DNA from: Alphaproteobacteria bacterium
Lineage (GTDB): Bacteria > Pseudomonadota > Alphaproteobacteria > Rs-D84
Direction of reading: 5' to 3'
Length of the DNA stretch: 40,814 nt
Assembly: GCA_017451625.1 (NCBI GenBank)
Contig: JAFTNY010000014.1
Coordinates: forward strand, 1-40,814
The translations under genes and the position numbers were made by a program. The notes beneath the pieces were generated by a model, which did not search any database, was not told the DNA's origin, and saw nothing but the letters and a program-made list of their open reading frames with translations. Below are positions 17,820 to 26,688 of this stretch, in pieces (the stretch's first letter is position 1; each line of letters opens with the position of its first letter).

Positions 17820-18842
17820 TTACGCGCGCACATATCCACCGTCAACTTTTCGCACTAAACCCTGCAATTCCAAGACCACCAATTCGCCCTTAATTTCCGA
17901 AACTGTTTTTTTGACAACCTGTGCCAATACAGACTCTGACACAGGAATTGTTCCTAATGCGTCAACAAGATTATTTTCCGCATCATTTTTTTCCAAACTT
18001 TTTTTCTTTGGGACACCTTTCTTCACATCTTCAAAGAAGTCAGATGCCCCAATACACAGTCGCGCATTCCCCGAACGAATCAGTGAATTTGGCCCTGCGG
18101 CCCGCAAATCTGCGGGGTGCGATGGAATCGCCCAAACATCGCGTCCATAATCAACGGCGAATCGCGCCGTCGTCATTGAACCTGATTTTAAATCTGCCTC
18201 GCCCAGAATCAGCGTTTCCGACAATCCTGCGACCCAGCGATTTCGCTGAACAAAATTTGTCGCAACTGGTACAAATCCAACTGGCATCTCGCTAATAATT
18301 GCACCACGCGCAACAATTTCCCAATACAACGCTTCGTTTTCCATAGGCCAAATATAATCAACCCCACCGGCCAGCACCGCAACCGTCTGTGCATTTCCTG
18401 TGGCACGCAACGCACCACGATGCGCCGCCGTATCAGTCCCAATCGCCATCCCCGACACCACAACCCGATTCTGTTCTGCAAACCGCTGGGCAATGTCGGC
18501 AACAAATCCCATCCCTGTGGCGGTCGCATGCCGCGTACCAACAATCGACACCATTGATTTTTGCAATACATCTAAATTTCCCCGCACAGAAATCACCGGC
18601 GGATGATTCTTAATCATACGCAACGCCGCCGGATAACGCACATCATCATCTGAAATATAATGAATCCCCAATGCTTGCGCACGCGCCATTTCTTGTTGCA
18701 CCTTGTCGCGCATGGCCGCATCTGCATTTAACGATTCGGCCGCCGCACTAACAGATCCGAATCGACGCACCAATTCCGCATACTTTGCCGGCCCAATTCC
18801 CGCCGTACGTAAAATTAACAATTTTTCAAACAAATCAGACAT
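17820..18842 (-). CDS. dprA: DNA-processing protein DprA
   Basis: SIVGTRHAT, VVSGMAIGTDTAAH, NFVQRNRWVAGL, SGSMTTA, C-terminal LELQGLV winged helix; ATG 18842 preferred. Confidence 0.95.
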   Translation of the reverse strand: MSDLFEKLLILRTAGIGPAKYAELVRRFGSVSAAAESLNADAAMRDKVQQEMARAQALGIHYISDDDVRYPAALRMIKNHPPVISVRGNLDVLQKSMVSIVGTRHATATGMGFVADIAQRFAEQNRVVVSGMAIGTDTAAHRGALRATGNAQTVAVLAGGVDYIWPMENEALYWEIVARGAIISEMPVGFVPVATNFVQRNRWVAGLSETLILGEADLKSGSMTTARFAVDYGRDVWAIPSHPADLRAAGPNSLIRSGNARLCIGASDFFEDVKKGVPKKKSLEKNDAENNLVDALGTIPVSESVLAQVVKKTVSEIKGELVVLELQGLVRKVDGGYVRA

Positions 18843-18897
18843 ACATATATAATATGCAAACGCACAACATAAATAAAGCCAAAACGCACCCAAAAAC

Positions 18898-18920
18898 AAA
18901 CCCACCTGAACGGTGGGTTT
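18898..18920. terminator. Intrinsic terminator
   Basis: AAACCCACC-TGAAC-GGTGGGTTT after the 18926 stop. Confidence 0.75.
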
Positions 18921-18925
18921 AAGTC

Positions 18926-19798
18926 TTACTTACTGGCAACTAAATCAAATATGCCATCATACTCATCACACAACGCATCTTTTTCTTCATCTGTGCGTCC
19001 GTCCCAAACTTTGTTTTCACATTCGGTCTTCAAATTACGCAGGTGGCGTATAAATTTGTCATATTCGCCCTTGTTATCTTTTTTCAATACCGCCAACTGT
19101 GAACGCAACAGTTCATCACCCGACATACTTTTCTGCCCCTGCACATCACCACCAATCAGTTTATTTCCAAACAATTCCATCGCACCAACACCAACGGCCG
19201 CGCCACCAACCGCGCCACCAACCGTCGCCCATGTACGTGCAGACTTTTTCGCATCCAAGATACGACCCTTTAACATGTCATAGTTTGCCCATTCCCCACA
19301 GGCAATATTTTTACCCATTTCATAATACTTGCCTGCAATATCTGCCACACTAATCTTGGCATCACTAGATTTCAATTCCACCCGCACAAAGCATGTATTA
19401 TTTTCTGGTTCTTCCACATCTTCGACCATCGTAGAATAGTCATTCAAATTACTGTACCGCGATGCCCACACAAACGTGTTCCCAATACCAATATTATTAT
19501 TCAGACACGCCGCACGTTCTTTTTCACGCATATCAACCTTGTCTGCAGGTTTCATTTCTTCGGGCTTAACGGCCAAATCTGCCGCCGTACCATTTACATC
19601 TTTGATTGTTGCCTGATTAATCGCCGCCGACTGGGTTGCCTGAACCGCACCCGCAGAAATCTGGGCCTTGGACGCAACTGCACGCGGTGCCGCCATCATC
19701 TGATCCGACATTGACCGTCTGGCCGTTCCAACCGGTGCCAACGCAAATGCCGACGTTCCCATCATACACAACACAAAAACAGATACGATTTTTTTCAT
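18926..19798 (-). CDS. Exported hypothetical protein with glycine-zipper segment
   Basis: MKK signal peptide (AFA); TWATVGGAVGGAAVGVGAMELFG; several Cys. Confidence 0.8.
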   Translation of the reverse strand: MKKIVSVFVLCMMGTSAFALAPVGTARRSMSDQMMAAPRAVASKAQISAGAVQATQSAAINQATIKDVNGTAADLAVKPEEMKPADKVDMREKERAACLNNNIGIGNTFVWASRYSNLNDYSTMVEDVEEPENNTCFVRVELKSSDAKISVADIAGKYYEMGKNIACGEWANYDMLKGRILDAKKSARTWATVGGAVGGAAVGVGAMELFGNKLIGGDVQGQKSMSGDELLRSQLAVLKKDNKGEYDKFIRHLRNLKTECENKVWDGRTDEEKDALCDEYDGIFDLVASK

Positions 19799-19892
19799 AC
19801 TCTCTTTCCCTTAACGCTTTGTTGCATTATACCACAAAATCACATAAAAATAAAGACAAATAAAAACAGCGGGCACCACGCCCGCCATTTTT

Positions 19893-20480
19893 TTATTTCT
19901 TCCATTTCCACTCAATATGCGATTCCGTCCCAGAAATCAACCGCTTGATATTTTCGCGATGCCGCCACATACACAGCAGTCCAATGCACAAGAACGCCCA
20001 ACCGACCTGCACACTAATAACAAAACCCAACACCGGAATCAAACAGAACACAATCACCGCCCCCAGCGATGAAATCCCACTGGTCAGTGCCACCGTCAGC
20101 CATTCAATTCCACACACCACAAAAGACATCGGACTGACCGCCAACAATACACCAAACAGCGACGAAATCCCCTTGCCGCCTTTAAACTTTAACCAAACGG
20201 GATAGCAATGTCCCACAATCGCCGCAAAACCGCACCATGCACCAAATGCATCGCCAGCAATATACCGTCCAACAAATACTGCGGCAATGGCCTTGGCCAT
20301 ATCCAGCAACCACACCAACCCCGCCATACGCAGTCCCCCGACGCGCATCACATTTGTGGCCCCGATATTACCACTGCCAACCTTGCGCAAATCCCCCTTG
20401 CCCAACATGCGCGTCAGCAACAGTCCCATTGGAATACTGCCCAGAAAATACGAAATTAAAACGCCCCAAAAATATATCAT
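19893..20480 (-). CDS. plsY: Glycerol-3-phosphate acyltransferase PlsY
   Basis: YFLGSIP, GSGNIGATN, GHCYPVWLKFKGGKG, RHRENIKRL. Confidence 0.96.
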   Translation of the reverse strand: MIYFWGVLISYFLGSIPMGLLLTRMLGKGDLRKVGSGNIGATNVMRVGGLRMAGLVWLLDMAKAIAAVFVGRYIAGDAFGAWCGFAAIVGHCYPVWLKFKGGKGISSLFGVLLAVSPMSFVVCGIEWLTVALTSGISSLGAVIVFCLIPVLGFVISVQVGWAFLCIGLLCMWRHRENIKRLISGTESHIEWKWKK

Positions 20481-20553
20481 GTTATTTTTCCTTGATTTTA
20501 TGTTTGTTTTTTATAAAATACCAAAATCAAAACAAAAATAAAAGGAAAATAAC

Positions 20554-20814
20554 GTGGCAAATCATAAGTCATCTGAAAAAAGAGTTTTGGTTTCGGCCAA
20601 GAAAAACGCAATCAACACTGCGCGCCGCAGTGCGGTAAAGACAGCAACTAAAAAGGCATTGGTCGCCATTGAATCTGGGGACAAGGCCGCTGCAACAACC
20701 GCCGCCCGCAACGCAGAAAGCAAAATCATGAAATCTGCTGGCAAGGTTATGCCAAAAAAGCGTGCCGCACGCAAGATTTCACGTTTGGCCAAGAAAGTTT
20801 CCAAAATGGCATAA
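20554..20814 (+). CDS. rpsT: 30S ribosomal protein S20
   Basis: MANHKSSEKR...RSAVKT...AARKISRL; GTG start with AAGGA RBS. Confidence 0.95.
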   Translation: MANHKSSEKRVLVSAKKNAINTARRSAVKTATKKALVAIESGDKAAATTAARNAESKIMKSAGKVMPKKRAARKISRLAKKVSKMA

Positions 20815-20837
20815 TATTGCGTTTTAACTGCAAAATT

Positions 20838-20863
20838 AAAAACCGCCAATCGGCGGTTTTTTT
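20838..20863. terminator. Bidirectional intrinsic terminator
   Basis: AAAAACCGCCAATCGGCGGTTTTTTT between rpsT and Cys-rich gene B. Confidence 0.9.
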
Positions 20864-21491
20864 AATTCGTGTAATAACAATTTGATGTGTATTTTGCTGT
20901 CCCAGAACCAGTACCGTCTGAAAAAGAAACACTGGTACCCGATGGCATATAACACGATGTTATCGCCGTACTGCCCGCTGCACTGGTACCATATACACCG
21001 CCAGACGACGGACAACGAGTGCATCCTGATGTTCCATTTGACGAACTGCCATAATATCCAGCGGCGCAACGATAGGATGTTGCTTCGTTACACGTACCAC
21101 AATTGCATGTTCGTGTCACCTTCTTTTGATACCCCGTACCCGCCGCCGACCACGCGGTGTCAGATGTGCAGTCGGTACACTCTGCGCAAACAGATTGACA
21201 TGTTGTATAACTAACCGTTCCGCCTGTACATGGCACACTTACAGATTGCGTTTTTTCTTCGTACCCATCCGCACACCCAAAAGAACACGTCAATACCATA
21301 TAGTTATCATAGCAGGTTGCCGATGGATTCGCGTTTAAACCATTCCAACAATTAGCAACAGCATTCAGTTGAATATAACCAGTATCATTATAAGAACAAG
21401 CCGACGAATCGCAGTACGTCACCACAGCATCTACCCTTGATACCAGAAACAACATTCCGCCCATGGAACAAATAAAAAAATATTTTTTCAT
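20862..21491 (-). CDS. Exported Cys/Ser/Thr/Gly-rich protein B, paralog of 805-1656
   Basis: CAGGAG RBS before ATG 21491 (MKKYFF.. signal peptide ending VDA); CAAGYYG, CTRCP, GSTAITSCYMP, SD, CYYTN. Confidence 0.87.
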   Translation of the reverse strand: MKKYFFICSMGGMLFLVSRVDAVVTYCDSSACSYNDTGYIQLNAVANCWNGLNANPSATCYDNYMVLTCSFGCADGYEEKTQSVSVPCTGGTVSYTTCQSVCAECTDCTSDTAWSAAGTGYQKKVTRTCNCGTCNEATSYRCAAGYYGSSSNGTSGCTRCPSSGGVYGTSAAGSTAITSCYMPSGTSVSFSDGTGSGTAKYTSNCYYTN

Positions 21492-21523
21492 TTTCAATCT
21501 CCTGTTTTTTATTTTCATGAATG

Positions 21524-21740
21524 AAAAAACCACCCAGAAAATTTGAGTGGTCAGGAGGTTGATAGCAATCCGAAGAATTGTGTGCTTATTTATATATATC
21601 GCAACCCTCCTGACCCAATGGGTTCAGGAGTTTCTTTTTCGTCGTAATAATAAAAAAGACGCATCACGCGCGTCATTAAGTATGTATTCCGACGCTTCGG
21701 TACGGGCTATCACACCCCATCATAACAACACGTCATGACA
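21524..21740 (-). ncRNA. Structured 5' leader with C4/CI-antisense-RNA-like architecture and terminal terminator (element 2)
   Basis: Read on the minus strand: hairpin 21739-21719; target GGG-GTGTGATAG-CCC plus CCGAAG (21718-21695); hairpin GACGC..GCGTC plus T6 (21674-21652); switch hairpin CTCCTGAACCC/GGGTCAGGAG (21630-21607); stem GGTCAGGAGGGTTG/CAACCTCCTGACC (21615-21602/21561-21549) carrying CTTCGG and GCTATCA, complementary to the target; terminator ACCACTCA..TGGGTGGT plus T-run (21551-21524). Confidence 0.7.
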
Positions 21741-21745
21741 TTGAC

Positions 21746-21774
21746 ATTATACGAAAACAAAACGATAAAAGCAA
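21746..21774 (-). promoter_or_regulatory. Sigma70-type promoter for leader 2 and Cys-rich gene B
   Basis: Minus strand TTGCTT, 17 bp, TATAAT; same TCGTATAAT context as the promoter at 501-529. Confidence 0.78.
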
Positions 21775-21817
21775 ATGGTTAGATATAAAACATATACCTA
21801 AACAAACAATACACACC

Positions 21818-21999
21818 ACCCCTTGCTTGGCGTAAAATAAATTAGAATGATTTAGATAAAAGCAAATCGGGCAACGTAGTGTACAGACGCAAAAAAACAA
21901 CCCCTTGCATAGCGTAAAATAAAAGATAATGGCGCAGATGCAGGATGGGGCCGGCAACGTAGTGTACAGACGCTACATGAGTTGCCCGATTTGTTTTTA
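21818..21999. repeat. Palindromic repeat copy 2, within a tandem/inverted arrangement
   Basis: 21926-21986 matches 3617-3677; partial copy GGCAACGTAGTGTACAGACGC at 21870-21890; ACCCCTTGC..GCGTAAAATAAA at 21818 and 21900; inverted repeat AAAAGCAAATCGGGCAAC/GTTGCCCGATTTGTTTTT (21858-21875/21981-21998). Confidence 0.85.
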
Positions 22000-22020
22000 G
22001 ATAATTTATTATAATTTATT

Positions 22021-23649
22021 TTAGTTCAGTGGGGCGCCCCAATGCTGTTGAATACTACGCTCTACATCCATTGGGCTGACCAATACCTGCGGTGTCAGGA
22101 TAACAACCAACACTTCACGTGTGGCAGACGTTTCACGCGAACCAGACAACGCCATAAAGTTTGGATCACCCAGACCATAACGCGTATCTTCGTTTGTCTG
22201 CTTTTCAAACCCAGACACAACCAACATTTGCCCCGATTCCATGATAACTTCCTGCATAAAACTGCGTTCTTCTACCTCGGGCAACTGTAATGTCACTTCG
22301 CCAATCGTCTGGGTTGACATACGCAACAATTCACGCACCGACATACGGAACAACAACAAGATTTTTCCGTTTTCTAAAACATTCGGCAACAACTGCATTG
22401 TGAACCCTGTTTCCAAATCGTCCTGATCAACCGTACTGGATTCAACAGTTGTAAAGTTGCGCGATTCAAAACGTTTGATATAACCCGTTGTGCGCGTATT
22501 GCTGACCGGCGCAACACGATTTGAACGCGTTGTCACACCAACATTCGTCACCAATGATACCTTGCCCTGCTTGGCCAATGCTTCGATAAGTGCATTACTG
22601 CCTGCGGCACCTGACAATGAACCATTTGCAATCTGATCCGCGGTGTACGCCCCTTCGACCAACGTTCCATTTTCCAAATGCGTCGCCCCCGTCAATGCAG
22701 ACACTGTATTTGACAGAACCGCAATATTCATGGAACTGGCCTCGGTCGTGGCCAAGTTATTTTTCGGATTTGCAACAATATTCAATCCAGATGTCGAATT
22801 AATCGCCGCGGCCAAATTCAAACCAAACGCCGAATCATTCGAAATCGAAACCTGCAATACCTTAACATCAATGGTCACTAACTGGCTCAAGCGTTTATTT
22901 TGGCGTTCAATATATTCACCCACGCGCGCCAGTATCGATGGGGATGCCGTTACTGTAATCGTACCCAAACTGCGCGACACTGTAAAATCTGCATTATCAC
23001 TTTTACCAATAATGGATGAAATTGCACTTTCTACTTCGTCCCATTCTTTTAGCGTTGATTCCAAGGACACTTCATTTGCATCATCTGTTGACACTGCGGT
23101 TTGATATGCAACCTCGGTCCCCAGCGCATATAATGTAAACGTCTTGGTTTCTGTTTCATAAAACACGATTGAATTTTTATCATAGTACCACAGCAAATCC
23201 AAATCCGTCGCCACCTGACTTAACAGTCCCGACAATTTACCCGTATACGCCACATTAACCAACTTCTTTAATTTATCGGCCGACACCTGCCCATCTATTT
23301 TAACAGGAATCCCTGTAATTGAATAAATATCATTGGCCAAAACCTGCAACGACACCGACTCATTCAGCAAAATCGTAACCCCTGTATCCGTTTCAAATTG
23401 CGACGGCAGATTGTTTCGATGTTCCAACACCATCGATTTATTCCCCAGCCATACGCCTTCGGACATAGACACTGTATCACCACTGGCCACCTTGGCGCGT
23501 GGATTTTTTGCCATTTCAAATGCATCATATGCATTAACAAAATCCTGATCCACAGATGCCGCCACCTTGGCAGACTCTTTTCTGGCACACCCAGTGATTG
23601 CAGCCACCGCCAGCGCACCGAAAATCAAAAACTTCATGGAAATTCTCAT
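22021..23649 (-). CDS. Lipoprotein secretin, type IVb pilus (PilN/BfpB/TcpC-like)
   Basis: Lipobox ITG-C; GTITVTASP, QNKRLSQLVTIDVKVLQV, ALAKQGKVS, ETGFTMQLLP, LQLPEV, SGQMLVVSGFE, VVILTP secretin motifs. Confidence 0.88.
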   Translation of the reverse strand: MRISMKFLIFGALAVAAITGCARKESAKVAASVDQDFVNAYDAFEMAKNPRAKVASGDTVSMSEGVWLGNKSMVLEHRNNLPSQFETDTGVTILLNESVSLQVLANDIYSITGIPVKIDGQVSADKLKKLVNVAYTGKLSGLLSQVATDLDLLWYYDKNSIVFYETETKTFTLYALGTEVAYQTAVSTDDANEVSLESTLKEWDEVESAISSIIGKSDNADFTVSRSLGTITVTASPSILARVGEYIERQNKRLSQLVTIDVKVLQVSISNDSAFGLNLAAAINSTSGLNIVANPKNNLATTEASSMNIAVLSNTVSALTGATHLENGTLVEGAYTADQIANGSLSGAAGSNALIEALAKQGKVSLVTNVGVTTRSNRVAPVSNTRTTGYIKRFESRNFTTVESSTVDQDDLETGFTMQLLPNVLENGKILLLFRMSVRELLRMSTQTIGEVTLQLPEVEERSFMQEVIMESGQMLVVSGFEKQTNEDTRYGLGDPNFMALSGSRETSATREVLVVILTPQVLVSPMDVERSIQQHWGAPLN

Positions 23650-23681
23650 ATCTCTTTTCTCCTACGGCATCTAACCAGATA

Positions 23682-24623
23682 TTATTCTTCGGTTGTCGAT
23701 ATAACCAGCACTCTATTACCTTTATAGAACTTTGCATATGGGATTGGTGTCGCACGACCAAAGTTTCGCACCAACGCAGACGCTACATCAACAAAGCGTC
23801 CTTTGAACACCGCGCTGGCCTCAATCGGATATTCACGCGATGTCGTCCAGACTAAATCCCACCCCTCTTTATTACACCACGACTGCAAAACTTCACGCAG
23901 GGTCTGACCATTTGCAACAACCCACGAACGAACCTGATCCGTCAACACCGCCGGTGCTTCGGCATCGGCAGACGCATCAACACCAAATTCTGTTTCTTCG
24001 GAAATAACAACCGTACCATCACCTGACGTATTCGAAATATTCATACCATCTGCGGTTGTACCTTCGATTTTCATCCCATTGCGCACTGCAAACGCTTCGT
24101 AGCCATCTGCATATTTACCACAGTTCTTGCGACCACTGCGCGACACAGTTAAAACATTACCACCATCATCTTCCAGCACCTCGCGATGCAACAACGGCAT
24201 CTCGGACGCACCACTGCATTCATCATCAAACCCAACTGGAACTTGTGTCCCATGCAGCATATTTGCCCCACCAGACCATCCTGCAAATTCGCCACGCGCC
24301 CCCAGATTGAAATTATTTTCAACAACCAAATCTGCGCCAATCTTGGACACAATACGAATATTATCTTCCTGCTTTGTCTTGGAACACAACGCCCCTTCAC
24401 AGGCCACTTCTACGTCTGCATCCGACCCTGCCAATGGCCACGCCGGCACTTCTTGTGCCACATCAACCTGTGTGGTTTCAATCTGTTCATATTCACCACC
24501 GTCGGTTATAACATCCTGTTCATAAAACACCTCGGACGTGACGACCTGTGGCAACGATTCCGCGGCAAAGCAATAGCCAGCCGCCGTTGCAAACATTGCG
24601 ACAATCAAAATCTTGCGGAACAT
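23682..24623 (-). CDS. Exported protein with C-terminal TcpQ-like domain (PilL/TcpQ-type pilus accessory)
   Basis: Signal peptide, acidic linker, WVVANGQTLREVLQSW..GWDLVW..YPIEA..FKGRF..FYKGNRVLVI; directly upstream of the secretin. Confidence 0.8.
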   Translation of the reverse strand: MFRKILIVAMFATAAGYCFAAESLPQVVTSEVFYEQDVITDGGEYEQIETTQVDVAQEVPAWPLAGSDADVEVACEGALCSKTKQEDNIRIVSKIGADLVVENNFNLGARGEFAGWSGGANMLHGTQVPVGFDDECSGASEMPLLHREVLEDDGGNVLTVSRSGRKNCGKYADGYEAFAVRNGMKIEGTTADGMNISNTSGDGTVVISEETEFGVDASADAEAPAVLTDQVRSWVVANGQTLREVLQSWCNKEGWDLVWTTSREYPIEASAVFKGRFVDVASALVRNFGRATPIPYAKFYKGNRVLVISTTEE

Positions 24624-24807
24624 AAACGCCTTCCTTTCCCTATATAATTCCTTATTTAATGAATATTATAACAATTTGACCGAATCTGTGCAAGACTTAA
24701 AACACACATAAAACAACCAAAAAATAACATGCACAGATAAAATCGCACGAATCGCAAAAAGATGTTATACTGTTGCACAAGAAAACAAACATTTATGGGG
24801 GTACAGC

Positions 24808-25350
24808 ATGCAAAATGCCATTATTTTTGGGACATTTGGGTTAATCACAGTAATGATTGGGGCAATCGCCGCATACATGTACCGCATAAACACCCGTATC
24901 GCCGGCATGAACAAAACACTGGACCGTCAATTCAGTCTGATTGTCAAAATGCAATCCGTTCTTAAAAACAAATACGCAACGAACGTCGTCGCTGAAAACG
25001 CAGAAATGATTTACCAAGACCTGTTGCAAAATCTAATTCCCGTCATGGCGGCAATTGACATCATGCCACGCAACACCCCCGAACACCCATTGTGGCGCGC
25101 ATTGGGCGGCATTATGGACGAATACGCAAAAAATCCATTTGCACTGGAAAAACTGCGTCGCGCCATAAAATTGGATACCGAGGTCGCCCGCAGCATCGAC
25201 AACTATATGCGCCGCGCCGACAGTTTCTTGGAACACCTGACCCAATCTGAACCAGACGGATTACTATCTAACACATTTACCGATGGACTGTTGGGGCAAT
25301 CCCTGACCTTCTTTGCACAGGCCAAACAACTGGCCACACAAACAAACTGA
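24808..25350 (+). CDS. Hypothetical protein with N-terminal membrane anchor
   Basis: GGGG RBS, one TM helix then a helical domain; abuts sufB. Confidence 0.75.
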   Translation: MQNAIIFGTFGLITVMIGAIAAYMYRINTRIAGMNKTLDRQFSLIVKMQSVLKNKYATNVVAENAEMIYQDLLQNLIPVMAAIDIMPRNTPEHPLWRALGGIMDEYAKNPFALEKLRRAIKLDTEVARSIDNYMRRADSFLEHLTQSEPDGLLSNTFTDGLLGQSLTFFAQAKQLATQTN

Positions 25351-25354
25351 TGCA

Positions 25355-26686
25355 ATGGCAAAATTATCTGAACATCTTATTCGCGAAATATCTGCCACCC
25401 GTAAAGAGCCGGCATGGCTGTTGCAATGGCGTCTTGATGCATACAACGCATGGCGACAGATGTCTGAACCACATTGGGCCGAAATTGACTATGAACCAAT
25501 CGATTACAACAATTTAAACTACTATAACGAACCCACACCTATTGACAATTCGGACTTGGCGGCCGTATACGACAAAATGGGCCTGCCCCCCAGCGAAAAG
25601 AACGCATTGCTGGGCATGGCAACAGACACCGTAATCGACAGTCGTTCCGTCCACACTTCATACACCGCCGAATTATCAAAACTGGGGATAATATTTTTAC
25701 CCTTTTCAGACGCAGTAATCCAACACCCCGATTTGGTAAAAAAATATCTGGGCAGCGTTGTCCCAAACACAGACAATTTCTTTGCCGCACTAAACGCCGC
25801 AGTATTTTCAGACGGCACATTTGTATACATCCCACCAAACACCAAATGCCCCATTGACTTGGCCAGTTATTTCAGAATTGAAACCGCAAAAATCGGGCAA
25901 TTCGAACGCACCTTAATCATTGCGGACACAGGTGCCGAATTAACGTATATGGAGGGCTGCAGCGCCCCACGTCGCCCAAACCACCAACTGCACAGCGGCG
26001 TTGTTGAAATCGTCGCACTGGACAACGCAACCGTAAAATATGCAACTGTACAAAACTGGTTCGCCGGCGACTTTGACGGCACAAAAAACACAGGTGGCAT
26101 ATTAAACTTTGTAACCAAACGCGGCATATGCCACAACAACGCAAAATTATTATGGACCCAGATGGAGGTTGGCAGCACCCTAACATGGAAATACCCATCA
26201 ACAATTTTGTCCGGAAACAATGCGTATAGCGACTTTTATTCACTGTCCATAACACGCGGTGCCCAGATGGCAGACACCGGCACAAAAATGATTCATATTG
26301 GCAACAACACCACATCTAACATCGTCTCATATGGGGTTGCACTGGACGCATCGCATCAAACATTTCGCAGCATGGTTTCATTTACTGGCAACAACTGCAC
26401 AAACGCATCAAAATGCGACAGTCGCCTAATCGGCGATCGCGCTGTGGCGAACACCCTGCCCCGCATAATCCACAGTGGCCAAAACAATCACCAATCGCAC
26501 GAAGCAACCACCGGTCGCATCGATCCAGCGGCATTAAATTATCTGAACATGGCCGGCATCGACACAGACACCGCAATTGCACTGATTATTGGCGCATCGG
26601 CCACACCCGTACTATCACGTTTACCGATGGAATTTCTGGTGGAATCAAAACAACTAATTCAAATGGCATTATCAAAGGACGAATAA
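25355..26686 (+). CDS. sufB: Fe-S cluster assembly scaffold SufB
   Basis: EPAWLLQWRL, DNFFAALNAAVFSDGTFVYIP, GQFERTLII, EGCSAP, NFVTKRG, TWKYPS, ADTGTKM, HEAT; ATG 25355. Confidence 0.95.
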   Translation: MAKLSEHLIREISATRKEPAWLLQWRLDAYNAWRQMSEPHWAEIDYEPIDYNNLNYYNEPTPIDNSDLAAVYDKMGLPPSEKNALLGMATDTVIDSRSVHTSYTAELSKLGIIFLPFSDAVIQHPDLVKKYLGSVVPNTDNFFAALNAAVFSDGTFVYIPPNTKCPIDLASYFRIETAKIGQFERTLIIADTGAELTYMEGCSAPRRPNHQLHSGVVEIVALDNATVKYATVQNWFAGDFDGTKNTGGILNFVTKRGICHNNAKLLWTQMEVGSTLTWKYPSTILSGNNAYSDFYSLSITRGAQMADTGTKMIHIGNNTTSNIVSYGVALDASHQTFRSMVSFTGNNCTNASKCDSRLIGDRAVANTLPRIIHSGQNNHQSHEATTGRIDPAALNYLNMAGIDTDTAIALIIGASATPVLSRLPMEFLVESKQLIQMALSKDE

Positions 26687-26688
26687 CA

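Noticed and set aside
21818-21999. CRISPR array
   Set aside because: Only two degenerate units, no regular repeat-spacer period and no cas genes.
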